A DNA stretch of 64,000 bases. It comes from the human T2T-CHM13v2.0 reference genome, Homo sapiens. The notes below the pieces were generated by a model. That model was not told where the DNA came from. It saw only the letters and a program-made list of their open reading frames with translations, and did not search any database. Both the position numbers and the translations under genes were made by a program. The DNA lies in NCBI RefSeq assembly GCF_009914755.1, contig NC_060925.1, one strand, 5' to 3'. This document shows, piece after piece, positions 41,770-57,051 of the stretch; position 1 is the stretch's first letter; each line of letters opens with the position of its first letter.

Positions 41770-42710
41770 TTTATTAATTTATTATTAGAGATTTCAGCTA
41801 TTTGCTAATATAATGAATCCCATACACCTGTCATCTTGGTTCAATAGCGCTGACACTTAGTTTTATCTATTCAGTTTTTCTTTTGTGTTCTAAAGCAAAT
41901 CCTTGACATTGTGACATGTCTTCTCAAATATTACCATAGTATCTCTAAAATAATTACATTTTCTTACCAAACCATAATATGATTATTACACTTACCAGAA
42001 TTGACAATGATTTCTTAATGTCCTCAAATACCCAGCTTACATTAAAATTTCCCCAATTATTTTGAAAATGCTTTTAAAGTTTGATTTGTTCAGAACAAGG
42101 TCCTATGGAGGGCCGCACATAGTATTTGGTTGTTACATCTCATTAGTCTGTTTCAGTCTGTAATAGTCCTCTCCCTCTCTCTACTCCCAATCTCTCATTC
42201 ATTTACTTATGAAGTGATGTTTCCTTTTAGAAAGTTTCACAGATTAGACTAGTCTGGCTGTTTCTTTAGAGTGTCATGTTAACTTGTTCCTCTATCTGCT
42301 GCGTTTCTTATATAAACTTAAAGTTAGTTCCAAAGGCTTGATAAGATTTAGAGCCTTTTTTTTTTTTGAAGTGTTTCTTGTGCTTCCTATTGTGTCTCAG
42401 TAGGAGACATCTAATATCTGGTTGCCCCACTTTTAGTGATTTTAATGATGCTTTAAGACTGATTGTGGATTTGGGTGTTGACATTCTGATCCTTTCGTTA
42501 CTTTTTTTTCTACTAATGATTTTAGTATCCAATAATGGTTGCTGCCTTAATTAATTTCACTAGTGGGTTGCAAATATTGCTTTTTCTCCCCTAATTCACA
42601 TATTCCTTCTCTACATTAATTAGCTGAAAATCTTTATAAAGTAGAATTTTCCTTCATCAACTAGAATTATCAACCTTGTAATTCAATTTGTGCAGGACAA
42701 TTAGTTAAAT
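41770..42710 (-). mobile_element. Old L1MC-type 3' fragment
   Basis: aaaccataatatgattattacac, gtatttggttgttacatctc, aggagacatctaatatctggttgcccca. Confidence 0.55.
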
Positions 42711-43911
42711 TCTTGCATTTGTTTGCTAATTTTAAGTTGGTGCCCAGCTTTTGTTTTCAGGTAAGTACTTAAACCAGCTTATGAACAGGTACAGTATAGA
42801 TTCTTCCCACTGTCTGCTTTAAACTTTTGAAACTGTCAGTTGTTTGCAGGTTCTGGTAGCCCAGAGTGGTTTGAAATGGTGACCTTAGCCCAGAAGTATG
42901 TAATTATTTAATTTGGCCTTGACCAGTGGCCCAAAAAAGGAAGGGGGTGGGGTGGATAAAGGACTAAACAAAATTAATTAAAATTTAGAAATTTTTCTCT
43001 CAGAAGGAATTCATGCCCATAAAACAAAGACCAGGATACATTCGTATTTTATCGGTAAATACCAATAGATTATAAATCACTTTTCTCGTATACATAATTG
43101 TGAAAAAAAAAACCATCCAGGTATGCATGTTATTTATTCATTGAGAGGATATACATCTCTCAGGTGTTTTTTGTCGTATGTGTACTTTTGTGTAGTCTGC
43201 CTGTTTATTCTTTTTGAATAGGATGATATGTACAATTAAAAAAAATCTTTTGTGAAATGTGGTTTTCTTAAATACATTATTGCATTTCATACACAGTGAT
43301 GAAGGGAAAAACTACAAAGCTAGACAGATTGCAAATTAGTATTGCAGTAGTGAGGTAATAGAGCAATACCCAAATGTTTTCTTAAAATATATGTAGGTGA
43401 TGCCTGTGTTCTTTACTTTTGTGTGTGTGTATGTGTTTTTAAACAAGATTCATTGTAGTCTTTTAGATATAATTTAATAAATTTAGGCTGTTCAGGGTTT
43501 CAGTATCCTACAAAGAAGAACGCTGCTTCTAAGTTTTTGGGTTTCTTGAACCAGAGCTTAGAAAGAACAAAAATATGGCATGGTATTTTCATGGTTTAGT
43601 AAGGCTACTTTTAGTTAATTATTGTGATGTAGGCCATTAAGTAGACTTTTCTAAAACGAAACCCCAGAGGAGAGGGGTTTTGAAGATACATATATACTGG
43701 TTTCTAAGAACTAATCTTTTTGGATCATTGGTATTGGTAGAAGGGATTCGCTATGTTTTCTGCCACCATTGGATCTCTGTATAAAGTTTGGCTCCACTAT
43801 CAAAATGCTTAGATAGATGCCTTTGCAATAGTTGCCACCCTAGGAATAGCTCAAAAATTATTAACTTAATACTGGTTACTTAAATTCCACCTCTGTTGCT
43901 TGGAGTTGTGC

Positions 43912-44241
43912 TTTTTTTTGTTTTTTTTTTGTTTTTTTTTTTTTTTTTTTTTTTGAGATAGAGTCTGGCTCTGTCACCCAGGCTGGAGTGCAGTGGCATG
44001 CAATCTCGGCTCACTGCAAGCTCCGCCTCCTGGGTTCACGCCATTCTCCTGCCTCAGCCTCCCAAGTAGCTGGGACTACAGGCGCACGCCACCACGCCCA
44101 GCTAATTTCTTCATATTTTTTTTAGTAGAGACGGGGTTTTACTGTGTTAGCCAGGATGGTCTTGATCTCCTGACCTCCTGATCCTCCTGCCTCGGCCTCC
44201 CAAAGTGCTGGGATTACGGGCGTGAGCCACCGCGCCTAGCC
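43912..44241 (-). mobile_element. AluY with long T-tract
   Basis: ctgcaagctccgcctcctgggttcacgccattctcc (AluY-type). TSD tgctt(g/a)gagtt. Confidence 0.95.
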
Positions 44242-45467
44242 TGCTTAGAGTTTTTTATGTAATTATTTTGTGACACAAACATTTAAAATACTGTAGCTTA
44301 GAATGAAATTGTCTCAATCCTAGGAGCCAAAAGTTTGATGAATATGAATACTAATATTAACCATTTTTGTGTTCTGTGTCAGGCACTGTTCTTAGCCCTT
44401 TACAAGTAAGTTAATACATCATCTCTAAATGTAGTTACCATTATCGATCCCATTTTATAGATTTGGAAAGTAGGGTACAAAGAACAGTTTGCCCAGATTC
44501 CTTTAACTTTTGAGTGGCCGAGCCCTAGCACTGAAAGCCAGGTAGTCTGGTTCCAAAGTCCGTACTCCTGACTAATAAATAGTGGAATAAAATTAGATTA
44601 GCTTGACATTTTAGCCTGTCGTCTTCTCACCTGTAGAATAGTTATCAAGAATAGTAATATACATATAGTAAAAATTTAAGTCCCATCATTTTAGCTTGCT
44701 TTTTTTTTACATACTAAGATATTTTTTGTTACCAAGTCCATTAAGTATTTAGCCTGATTATCTTATTGATTAAAATACCAAAAATGTGTATTGTTCATGC
44801 ATTGATTCAAAATTGGGTACAAAACAGGGGTAGATATGTAACATGCAAATAATAAATTGAACTTATATTTTTATCTTTTTGACAAACAACACGTTAAAAT
44901 TTATGTCAATCTTATTTTTTCAAAATCCTTTTCTATATTTTATTAAGACTAATTATAGCAAATAATAGCCATAAAATTAAACCAAAAAACTCATCTACTG
45001 CAGACATATTTGAAAGCTATCCCCCAAGAAAGACCAAAGTAATCACACATACCTAAACATGCTAGTATTTCCCAGAAATATTAAAAATACATAGATTTTG
45101 AAGCACATTGCTGAATGCCATAGTAACACCAAACTAAAAAATACATGTAAATTAAAAATTAATATTTTATTTTCAACATAAATCAGAAATACTTGGTTAG
45201 AGGTCACATGATAATACCTGTCCTAACTGTCCCATAACTTCGGCTTTCTCATTTCATGTGTTTTAATATCTAAGAAGTAAAAAATAGTTGGAGCATGCCT
45301 CTTTATATGTGCAATTTTAAATTATGTTGACTTCTTTGGATTATTGAACTGTCCTCTGCTTTGCTATAGCTGAATTTTTAAAATGTTAATTTTGAAGTCT
45401 TAAAATGTGTCTTTTGGAAAAAACATTGGAAGAGCTAAAGTAGATAGAGTTGTTCATTTAAATTGTT

Positions 45468-45777
45468 TATTTTTTATTTTATTTTATTTTTTTTAGTTGG
45501 AGTACTGGCTCTGTTGCCTGGGCTGGAGTGCAGTGGCGGGATCTCTGCTCACTGCAAGCTCCGCCTCCTGGGTTCACGCCATTCTGCCGCCTCAGCCTCC
45601 TGAGTAGCTGGGGCTACAGGTGCCCTCCACCACACCTGGCTAATTTTTTTTGTAGTTTTAGTAGAGACGGGCTTTCACCTTGTTAGCCAGGATGGTCTCA
45701 ATCTCCTGACCTCGTGATCCGCCCACCTTGGTCTCCCAAAGTGCTGGGATTACAGTCATGAGCCACCGTGCCTGGCC
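45468..45777 (-). mobile_element. AluY
   Basis: ctgcaagctccgcc...gacctcgtgatccgccc. TSD tcatttaaa. Confidence 0.95.
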
Positions 45778-46679
45778 TCATTTAAAATTTTTTAACACTG
45801 GGTAAAATTTTTATTTTTGAGTCACAAATTAATTTGAAGCTGTGTCTTTTAGAGAGCTTATTCAACTCTTAATTCCATTATAAATAATATTTGAATGAAT
45901 GTGTTTTACATCTGGAATGATTTTTATCATCTGAGTAAAGGAAATATGTTTGATGGTAGTTGGGAACTTTGAAGGTATTACGGGCTACAGATGAGAAAAA
46001 AATGTTACTACGTCATTTCATGTTTACATACTGACCAGCATTTTCAATGAAATAAGCTTATTACTATAGGACTATAAAATGTTTTTCAAAGGTTTAACTG
46101 TCCAGGGCAGATACTTAAGACTATCTGATCATCCATTAAAAACTTTTCACATAGTCTTGCTTAAATGGATCCATTATGTTTACCCATTATATTGTTCTCA
46201 GCTGTAGTTTTAAGAAATTTATTTCATTTGTTAATACTTACTTTCCATTACCTTCCCCTTTTCTGTGACAATCCGTTGATACTTGAAGACCTCTCTTGTA
46301 TTCATCTTAGGGTTAATATTTTTAAGGCCAAACAGCCTAAATTCTATGGTAATCAACTCCAGCCTTGTGTAATGAAATCTTCTGCATAAAGATAGGTTTA
46401 AATCAAATCAGATTGCAGATTTTATTGAAGAAATTGTGTTTTTAAGAGTTGACAAATATATGTTGTATGGCTAAAACAAAGAAAATACTTCTGTTGCTTC
46501 TGCATTTAGTAGAAGAAAAACTATATATGTTTGTGACCAAAGTATAAAATATGATTCTTTCCAGGGAGGTAAAGGTTATGCAGAAGATTTTCACTAGCAG
46601 CTCTAAAAGGCTACCCTCAATTAATTGCCATGAACATTTCATAGCCCTAGAAGGATGTTGGCTCATTTCAGTGTCATCC

Positions 46680-47600
46680 TGGTTTATTCTTTATTGTATT
46701 ATTCAGCAGTCATTTTAACACTATGCTAGACACTTTAGAGATTCAGAAGAGTAACAGGGTTTCTGTTCTCATGAAGCTTATCAGAGACAGAAAACATATG
46801 AGTTAGATCTAATTGGAGGCAAACTGAAATATATAGTGGAGTTAGTGTGGTTATCAGCACATAAATGAGTGATCCATCAACAAAAGGAGAAATTGGGAGG
46901 GTTTTATGGGCCAAAAACAGCATGATTAAATGTGATAGAGTATATGTCATGTTTTAGGTGTGATGAACATTCAGTTATGTGTGACGAATAGGATAATTGA
47001 AAAAATATGAAAGGCTATGATGCCAGAAAGTATTATGGGACAAGATCTTAAAACCAGTGTTACCTAGGGAGTATGAATTTAATATGGGAATTCTTAAACT
47101 CCTTTATGACTGGAAGATGAGCATCAGAGTGTCTGCGACCATTTGATGATATTATGTACCAAGTTTTAGATGTTTGGCTTTTTTCAGGTTATGAAAGCGG
47201 GGGATGAGTTAAGAACCACTGCTGTGAAGGATTCATCAACTATTTTTAGGCAGTTGGGTAAAAATGACCAATTTAGTTTTAAGAAACTGACTGTGGCTCC
47301 AGAGTATGTTGGAGAAGTGAAAATGGAGACTAGGAATAACAGGTGGGAGACTATTAGTCTAATTAAGATGTAATTATAAATCTAAGCTAGGAACGTAAAA
47401 TGAGAATGCAAAGTAAGAAACAAATATGGGGAAAATTATATGTAAAAGTAATAGGACTTGGCATCTTACTGATGTGATTGATTATGAGAAAAATGAAGCA
47501 TGTGGAGGAGTCCACTGGACAGTAGGAAATTCAGCCTAAGACTTGGGTAAGAGTTCTGTGGAGTTGTGAATTCAGAGGCCAGAGATGTGATATTTAAAAT
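46680..47600 (-). mobile_element. Degenerate L2
   Basis: attcagcagtcattttaacactatgctagacact...ttctcatgaagctta. Purine-rich on the + strand. Confidence 0.5.
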
Positions 47601-48277
47601 TTTGGTTCAAGATTTCCCAGGTATAAGAAAGCAAGAGGATTAAAGCATTGTAATTAAACTTTAAGCAGTGCATATTTATGTTATAGATAAGATAAACAAG
47701 AAATCTAGGGATCAAATAGGATTAAAATTAGTAGTGATCATTCAGTACAGTAGTTACGTACTGTTATTCACAAGAGTATATAAATCAAATTACAAGGAAT
47801 TAAGGATATAAACGTGATAAGAAAGTATGCACTGTACTCTTTGAGGAAGTTTGCCATAGAAAGGAAGAAGAAATAGGATGGTAGATCAGAAGTAAAGCAG
47901 GACCCAGTGGGGGGAGTGTTTGCAGTGAGGCAGTATGTATAATCATTTAAAACATGGGTTTGGAGTCCTCTCAGGTTCCATGTTTGTAATGGACATAATG
48001 ATAATAATCCCTTTCATTTAAGGCTGTTGTGAGGATTAAATGTGTTAATGTGCAAATAACTTTACACAGTGCCTGGTATATAATAAATGCTTGCTACCTA
48101 TTAACTAGTATTTGTTTCTAAGGCTAATTTAAGTCCTAGAATTGATTGCAAGGATTAGATCAGGAGTATAGTGGACATGTTGGGATTTAAATATTTAAAT
48201 ATAGAGATGCTTTTTAGGACCATTGTTAGAACCAGAAGAGATTTTTTACCAAGTTCACACAGAAATGTAGGTGCATT

Positions 48278-48412
48278 GGCTGGGCATGGTGGCTCACACC
48301 TGCAATCCCAGCACTTGGGAAGGCTGAGGCAGAAGAACTGCTTGAGGCCAACATTTTGAGACCAGCCTGGGCAACATATTAAGACCCCGTCTCCACCAAA
48401 AAAAAAAAAAAA
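48278..48412 (+). mobile_element. FLAM / Alu left monomer
   Basis: ggctgggcatggtggctcacacctgcaatcccagc...aagaccccgtctc then poly-A. TSD gtaggtgca. Confidence 0.9.
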
Positions 48413-49650
48413 AGAAGTAGGTGCAGAGCTGGAAGCAGAACCGAAATCATCAGTGTTACAGTCATTATTCTTTCCTGTCACCATTATATGTCTTTATGAA
48501 GCAAGGGAGAAAGAAGAACAGATGAAAGAAGTGAGGATTTTGAAGTTGGTTGAAAGATTTGATTGAATTCTGATCTAAAAATTATAAGGCATTTGTTTAA
48601 CAAGTTGAAAGTAGGAAAGTAGACATAAGACTCTACTAGATTTGGGGAAACTCTCAAAAATGGACTGGAAATTCAGCTAAAAGTGGATAACAAAATATTT
48701 CTAGAATTAGCATTTGTGGGGTGTGTGTGTTTTCACTCTAGTATTTGTCAAGCCCAGATGAAAGCATAGACAGAATGTAAGACTGGATTTATCTAAGTCT
48801 GGAATTGTGTAACATTAAAGGAATAGTAGCAAATGAGCAGAGTGTTGGCTCAAGCCTAAGCTTGAGCCTAAGCTTGACTCTATGGTAAAGTCAAGTCAAG
48901 GGAGAATAGAAAGGGGGTCACCATAAAGGTCAAAAGTGGGTTTAGTGGTTGTGTGGGAATAGGCAGATCAAGAAAAGAATGAAGTTAGGAAAGGAGATAT
49001 AAGTGTTGAATGACCATTACAAAAAGAGACAGAGGAAAGAAAAATGAAGATGTATCAAAAGAAGTTGCTAATATGGATGGCAAAGTAGATGTTTTTAAGA
49101 AATCATGAGACCAGAGTCTTGGAAAAGTCATAGGATGATGCAGGGAATGGAGAAGAGGGAAATAAAGCCAGGTGCTGAAGTCTTTATGTAATGGGAGGAG
49201 ATGTTCCAGTAATTCAATGGCTATTTTGATGGGAAAGAGTGTGGTATGATTGGGTGGCATTGACATTGGAAGCCATCCTCATTGATGGTGGTGGAACAGC
49301 AGTTTGAAAGTAACATTGTGCGGTGAGGTAGAGTGGCACATGATGCATCCTTATTCTTACCTTTGGAGAAAAGTTGAGGGAGACCAAAAATGACTTTTTG
49401 AGGGAATTGTAGAAGTTTCATTAGAAGAAAAGTAAGTTTTTAATTAAAAAGTTAATCTGAGGAACAGGTAGAATAAAAGTGTAGTTGTTAGTGGTAGAAG
49501 AGAATGGATTCCATAGGGCAAAATAAGAACTCAAGGGAAGGTTGGTGGAAGAGGAAGAGGATTGAATTGTTTCAAGAAAGAATAGCAGTTGTCATCCTTA
49601 TGAAAAGTAAAATTTTTATTTTCAAATCAGGAAATGTAAAATGTGCCTTC

Positions 49651-50016
49651 CAGACCCCTTGGTGGTATACATGGGAGATTGGTTCTAGGACACACACAGT
49701 CCCATCCCCCACCCTCTGACCCCATACACCCCCTGGATACTCAAATCCACTGATGCTCAAGTTCCTTGCATAAAATGGTATAGTGTTTGCATGTGACCTA
49801 TACACAACCTCTTATGTGTACTTTAAATCATCTCTAGATTACTTATATTACCCAGTACAATATAAATGTTATGTAAATGGTTGTTATAGTGTATTGTTTA
49901 GGGAATAATGACAAGAACAACTTTCTATACATTTGCAGTACACCATTGTTTTACCCCCAAATATTTTTGATCCAAGGTTGGTTGAATCGGAACCCAGAGA
50001 TACAGAGGGCTGACTA
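49651..50016. mobile_element. MER2-like TcMar-Tigger MITE
   Basis: aaatccactgatgctcaagttcctt, tactttaaatcatctctagattacttata, gatacagagggctgact. Confidence 0.8.
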
Positions 50017-50555
<539 letters not shown>

Positions 50556-51351
50556 CTAATGCTCTTCTGTTCAGTAGTACACAAGACTAATAACTACGAG
50601 ATGTTATGAACAGGGAAAAGAAGTAAGACCAAAAGAAATCATAAATTACTTTGGATGGAACTTTTAGAATGGCAGATGGAGGGATAAATTTGACATTGTT
50701 CAAAATCATAGAGTAAACTCTCAAAAGTAAGGGGAACCTAAGGAGACAAGATGATTAAATGTAATAGGAGATACTGGAACAACAAAAAAGGGACATTAGA
50801 TGCAATTTGAGGAAATCTGATAATGGACTTTTGTTGATTTATCGATATTGGTTGATTAATTGCAAGAACTAATAAATTGTAATACCATACTAATGTATGA
50901 TGCTAATAATGGGGGAACTGCGGTTTCCAGGTTATATAAGAACTCTGTAATGTCTTAAATTTGTTTGTAAATCTAAACCTTTTAAAATAGCTAAAAATTA
51001 TAGATACAATTTCTAAATGATTTAATTAACAAAACCAGTTTAATTCTTCAGTTGAAATGAGCAAGGTTAGGGATACCTGTGTGTTTCAGTGTAATATCTG
51101 AAAGGAAAAGAATAGATACATAATTTATATCACTTCTCTCTGGACTTAGGGTCTCTTGTCATATACATGACTGGGCATCCATCAGCTTCAGTGGAGGAAA
51201 GGTTAGGAATAATAGTGTCAGAACTAACATGAGAATTTTAGGAGATTACTGAGTCACTCAAAATGTCTGGGTGACCCAGCTGATGAGGGCCATTTCACAT
51301 GAAAAAGATTCCTGCAACACCTTCTTTTCTTTAGCACATGATCGTTTATGA

Positions 51352-51650
<299 letters not shown>

Positions 51651-52527
51651 TAGATCAAGTATTTTTATCCCTCTCATCAACATGTGTAAACAGTTTTTTC
51701 CTCACATATCTGCTGCCTTAGCTAAAGATGCAAATCATTAAAGTTAAAATTATAATTTATGTAGCTAAAAGTAATCTGTTAGAGCCAGTGTATACAATAT
51801 GTGTAATATGCTTTCTATAACTTTCTCAAAGGGCCCTTGGTAAGTTTATTGTTTTCTCATTTAGCTGGGAGTTAAGAACAGAACTATTTTCTAGAATGTA
51901 TTAATTATATAAATAGTGCATCATGAAATATTTTGTAGGTTTTTATATTTTTATTGCAGCAGACAGCATTTAGATTAAACCTAAAAATACCTGATTGACA
52001 AAGTAGTTTTTCAGACAAAAGTATATTGAGGGAAATTGGAGAATCTTCAGAGGCTTTAAAAGTCCAGGAAAATCTTAGACTACTCCAGTGATTTAGAACG
52101 GTGTAAAGATAGCCTAAGTAGTTTTTCTAAGTTATCAGCCGCGGGGAGGAAATAATGAAAGAGAAATACATACGAGTGGCATTAAGGACAGGTGGTGGCT
52201 TCTTTTACCTATTAAAGCATTCTTACACCATACTGTGAACTGTGTAAAAGGAAGGATCATTGGACATAATAGATTATCTGACAGGGTGGTCCGGAATGGT
52301 GGAAGTAAATCGACAGGTGAGGACACTGAATTAGCATTCAGACAGTGGGGACCTCACACCTTGTATTCCCTTTTTTGGTAAGATTTTTATTACCTCCTTA
52401 GAAAGAGGTAAATTCATCTATTTCGAGCCCAAATTTTTCTGTCTAGAAGATTGGTAGTCTTATTTTTACTAAAGTACAAGATTATTTAGTAAAAGGTAGC
52501 ATTCTCTGGCTTTTTTTTTTTTTTTTA

Positions 52528-52854
<327 letters not shown>

Positions 52855-53668
52855 GGGTGGGGAAGCTTTAGCCTAGGCTTTTAATTCTCAATTACCATTA
52901 TAAATTTATTTTAATTATTAACTAATTACTTTAATTCTCAATTACTATTTTTCCATGAAAAGGCTTGATGTTCTAAACAGTATTATACCACCAAGTTATC
53001 TCTACTGGAAAACCCAGATTTCAAGAAAAAAAAAATGTATTTTGAAAACAATTATGTCTTAAATATTTAAAATTCTTTTAAACATGTTTTTAACCATCTT
53101 TAAATTTTTTTGGTAAGTAATTTTCATTAGATTGTTAAAATGTATAGTGGCACGGTAGGGTTGTATCTCAAGATATGAAGCAGTTTTTCATAAAAATAAA
53201 GTATTAACCTTAGGCTGGTATGTTTAGATCAATACTGTATTTAAATAGATTGATAATTTTTTATATATTTTATGAATTTATACTTTTTCCTGAGATTTCA
53301 GGAGGGAAAAATGAGTAGGAGATGACTGAGAGCTTAAAGTTTGGGAGTGTCAATTAACTCAGCATTCTTTTAAAAAACATGTGTCATATATTACAGCATT
53401 TTCTTTTATTTGAAGTGAGTAAATGTATCTTTTTAAATTCCTTAGTAATTTTTGAGCACTCCATATGTATAAAGCATGTGAATATTTGGTAGCATTTTAC
53501 AAATGTCCAGAGATTTGTGAGAGTTCCTGAGATCTTCATAGGGGGCCCACAAAGTTTAGTATTACTTTTCACGGTAATACTAAAGTGTATTTTGCCTCTT
53601 TTTACTTTTTCTCTTAATAGCATACAGTGGTAACTGAAGGCTAATAGTATGTGTGTTTATGTGCTTTA

Positions 53669-53991
<323 letters not shown>

Positions 53992-54041
53992 GTTATTGGT
54001 TTTAATTTTGGAAATGACAACCATTAATAGAACCCACATTA

Positions 54042-54354
<313 letters not shown>

Positions 54355-56911
54355 TTAACAAAAACTCCTTGTGATTCTCCATAGTTTTAAGACTATAAAG
54401 GGGAGCTGAGACCAAAAAGTTTGAGAACTTTTTCACTGTGGGATACAAAGTTGAAGACAATTATAGTTAAATAAGCAGGAGATACAGAGTATTTTAATGA
54501 ACAGTAGATGGTTATAAGAGTCAAGAGATGTACAGAGAAAATGCTAGTGATTAGAGTTTTTAGATTATTTTAATTTTGGTAACTAATTATAATTCCTCAG
54601 TTAAGATTTTTTGGCTTAGTGGGCCCTTAGAATTACTTCTTCCTGTTAGAATTAAAAGTGAAACCAGAAATTAAAGTGATTTAATTTTTTTATTGTGGCA
54701 AAGATCTAGTCCAAATATCTTTGATGGACTTTTTGAAAACAGACTTTATTGTTAAAAAGGGAATTTGAGGCTTGGTACTGAACTTCTTCTGCATGCCATA
54801 TTGAAGTTGGTGGTTTTTTGTTTGTTTGCCATCAGTGGGATCTCATACAGACTATGGAATTTAATAGAATTTTTAAGATACTGTTTTTCCTAAAAGGTAG
54901 CTAACTAAAGGCAGGAAAATAGAATGATGTAACAATATAATGACTACATCTGGAGTTTCTGCTACTAATAAATAATTGTATTGTCAACTTTAGTCAAATA
55001 TTCTGTGCATTCAGTCAGAGCTATCTGAAAATACTGACGAATAGTATTACAATATGGGGAGGTCACTTCTCAAGACTGCAAGAAAAAAAATTGTTGTGTG
55101 TAGGAATGTTTGCCTAGGAATTAGGAATGTATACTTGACAACAAGTGAACGTATCCATTGAATGTTAAATGAGAACAACTTATGGGGAGGATAGTGAGAG
55201 GTATAGTATTTAACATGGAAAAGTTAGTAATATAGTAGAATATTTGGTTGAAAAGATCCACATTGGTGTATTCAAAGACACACTGAAGACTATTGTGCAT
55301 TAGTAAGTATTAAACATGAGAATTCTTAATTTTAAAATTGGACCCTAATTTCTGAGATTTACTTTAAGAATAAAAGGGGATGAAACGAGATTGGCCATGA
55401 GTTGATCATTGTTAAAGTTGGGTGATGGCTACTTAGAGTTGCATTATTTTAGTCACTTTTACTTTTGTATATGTTGGAAATCTTCCAAAACAAAATGTAT
55501 AGCCATAAAAAAAAGGGAGCAAAGTAAGAAAAAAAGGAGAGCCTAAAAAAAAAGGTACAGGCAAAAAGGTGTGAAAAGAAACTCATCAAGAGCAAGAGTA
55601 TTAAATGAGAAACATATGCCACTGACAGAGTTCTCAGAAGAGATAAAGGCTGAATTAAAAAGAGATGGAGGGGAAAGTTTTATAAGTCAAAAACTTAGGT
55701 TAAGGTTTGTGAATATTAAAGAGCGCTTCAGATTGCCAATGAAAGGTCATAGTAGTTTCTATAAAGTCAAAAGATCAAAAACTTGACTTAAAAGAGTAAG
55801 ATCTCTAAAACCAAAGGTAACAGCAGATTCTTATGAAATGCACCAGAAAGCTGGAAAGAAAGAAGAAATAAAATGTGAACTTATGGAACAAGAGTGCTAA
55901 GGGCCTGTTCTACCCAGGTATGTTATGAAATCAAATTCATTTAGTTTGGGTGTTTGTTCCTTTATGTTGGGAAGATAAAAAAGAACATATAATTCGTTTC
56001 TTGAGTGAACCAGTATTTATGAGAAATAAGCTGGGTGTGTAAGAATTTAAGGGATGAAAATATTCCAAGTTGATTGGTAATTGAAAAGTAGATGAACGGT
56101 GCTAACACAAAAGGGAATTCTGTCTAGAATAAATGAAAATATGGTGACTTAAAGATAGTAGGACAGCAATAAGACTGGAAATTAGAACAATAAAATAAGA
56201 AGGAAATGATAACATAGATTGGGAAAGGATAGGAAAATACTGAAACAAAATCTGTGTTGTATAGTGATGGTTTCTTGTTCTTTCAACCGGGAGAGTGTTG
56301 TGTTGAAGGAACTTGTATTCATTTTAATTACTTGAGTGTATAATTAAGAAGGCAAGCACATTTTGCTAAGATTTTCTTTATTTGCATGAATTAAATAATG
56401 ATGTTCAGAGTGATTTGTCTCTAGGAGCTGAAAGACTACTACCTTTGTTTCATAAGCTGTAATTATTTGATTTCAAGTGTGAGTTTATGAAGAAGATAGC
56501 ACTTGCGGAAAAAAGTGAATTACCATTATGTCGAAAGTGATACTTTTTTACATTTGGCCTTTTACTGTAAATCGTGGAAGTGAATTTTCCAAGCCTGTGA
56601 CTTGGAATTATATTTTTCATGCTTTGTTTGCTTTTCCAGAGGAAATAGAGTATTATATATTTGATATTTTAACATAATACAGGTATGTACTTTAGTTCAA
56701 ATAATTAATGGTTTTGTTGAAATCAATTATTTTTCTTTACTACACATCAGCAAACAATTTTTCTAAACACTATAAAAATTAACTTTCAGGAACCATTTGG
56801 AATGGTCAGCCGTAAGCCATGCAGCCATCGTGCTTAAATTGGTTTTTGTAAACGACTTGTGTGTGTTTCGTAAAATATGCTTTATTTTAAAATTAGGGCT
56901 TCCTGTTGCAG

Positions 56912-57051
56912 CTGTTCCAGGAGCTCTGAGTCCTTTGGCCATTCCAAATGCTGCTGCAGCAGCTGCTGCAGCTGCTGCTGGCCGAGTGGGTATGCCTGGA
57001 GTCTCAGCTGGTGGCAATACAGTCCTGTTGGTTAGCAATTTAAATGAAGAG
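56912..57051 (+). CDS. PTBP2: PTBP2 exon 9 (140 nt; 155 nt from the upstream acceptor at 56897, adding GLPVA): [13 protein letters not shown](A)10[24 protein letters not shown]
   Basis: gttgcag|CTGTTCCA and aattag|GGCTTCCT ... GAAGAG|gttagt. Matches ORF 56797..57102. Confidence 0.97.
56950..56979 (+). repeat. Coding GCT/GCA repeat encoding 10 alanines
   Basis: GCT GCT GCA GCA GCT GCT GCA GCT GCT GCT in exon 9. Confidence 0.95.

Noticed and set aside
46165-46389. 74-aa ATG ORF in apparently unique intron sequence
   Set aside because: No recognisable domain, promoter or splice context. The length is within chance expectation.
48853-48876. 12-bp tandem duplication AGCCTAAGCTTG x2
   Set aside because: Too small and common to be informative.
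55490-56240. Purine-rich stretch with a 71-aa ORF
   Set aside because: Probably an ancient repeat relic or low-complexity DNA. No family or function could be supported.
56763-57038. Antisense 91-aa ORF with poly-Ala
   Set aside because: A mirror of exon 9 caused by the self-complementary GCT/GCA repeat. No independent gene signals.
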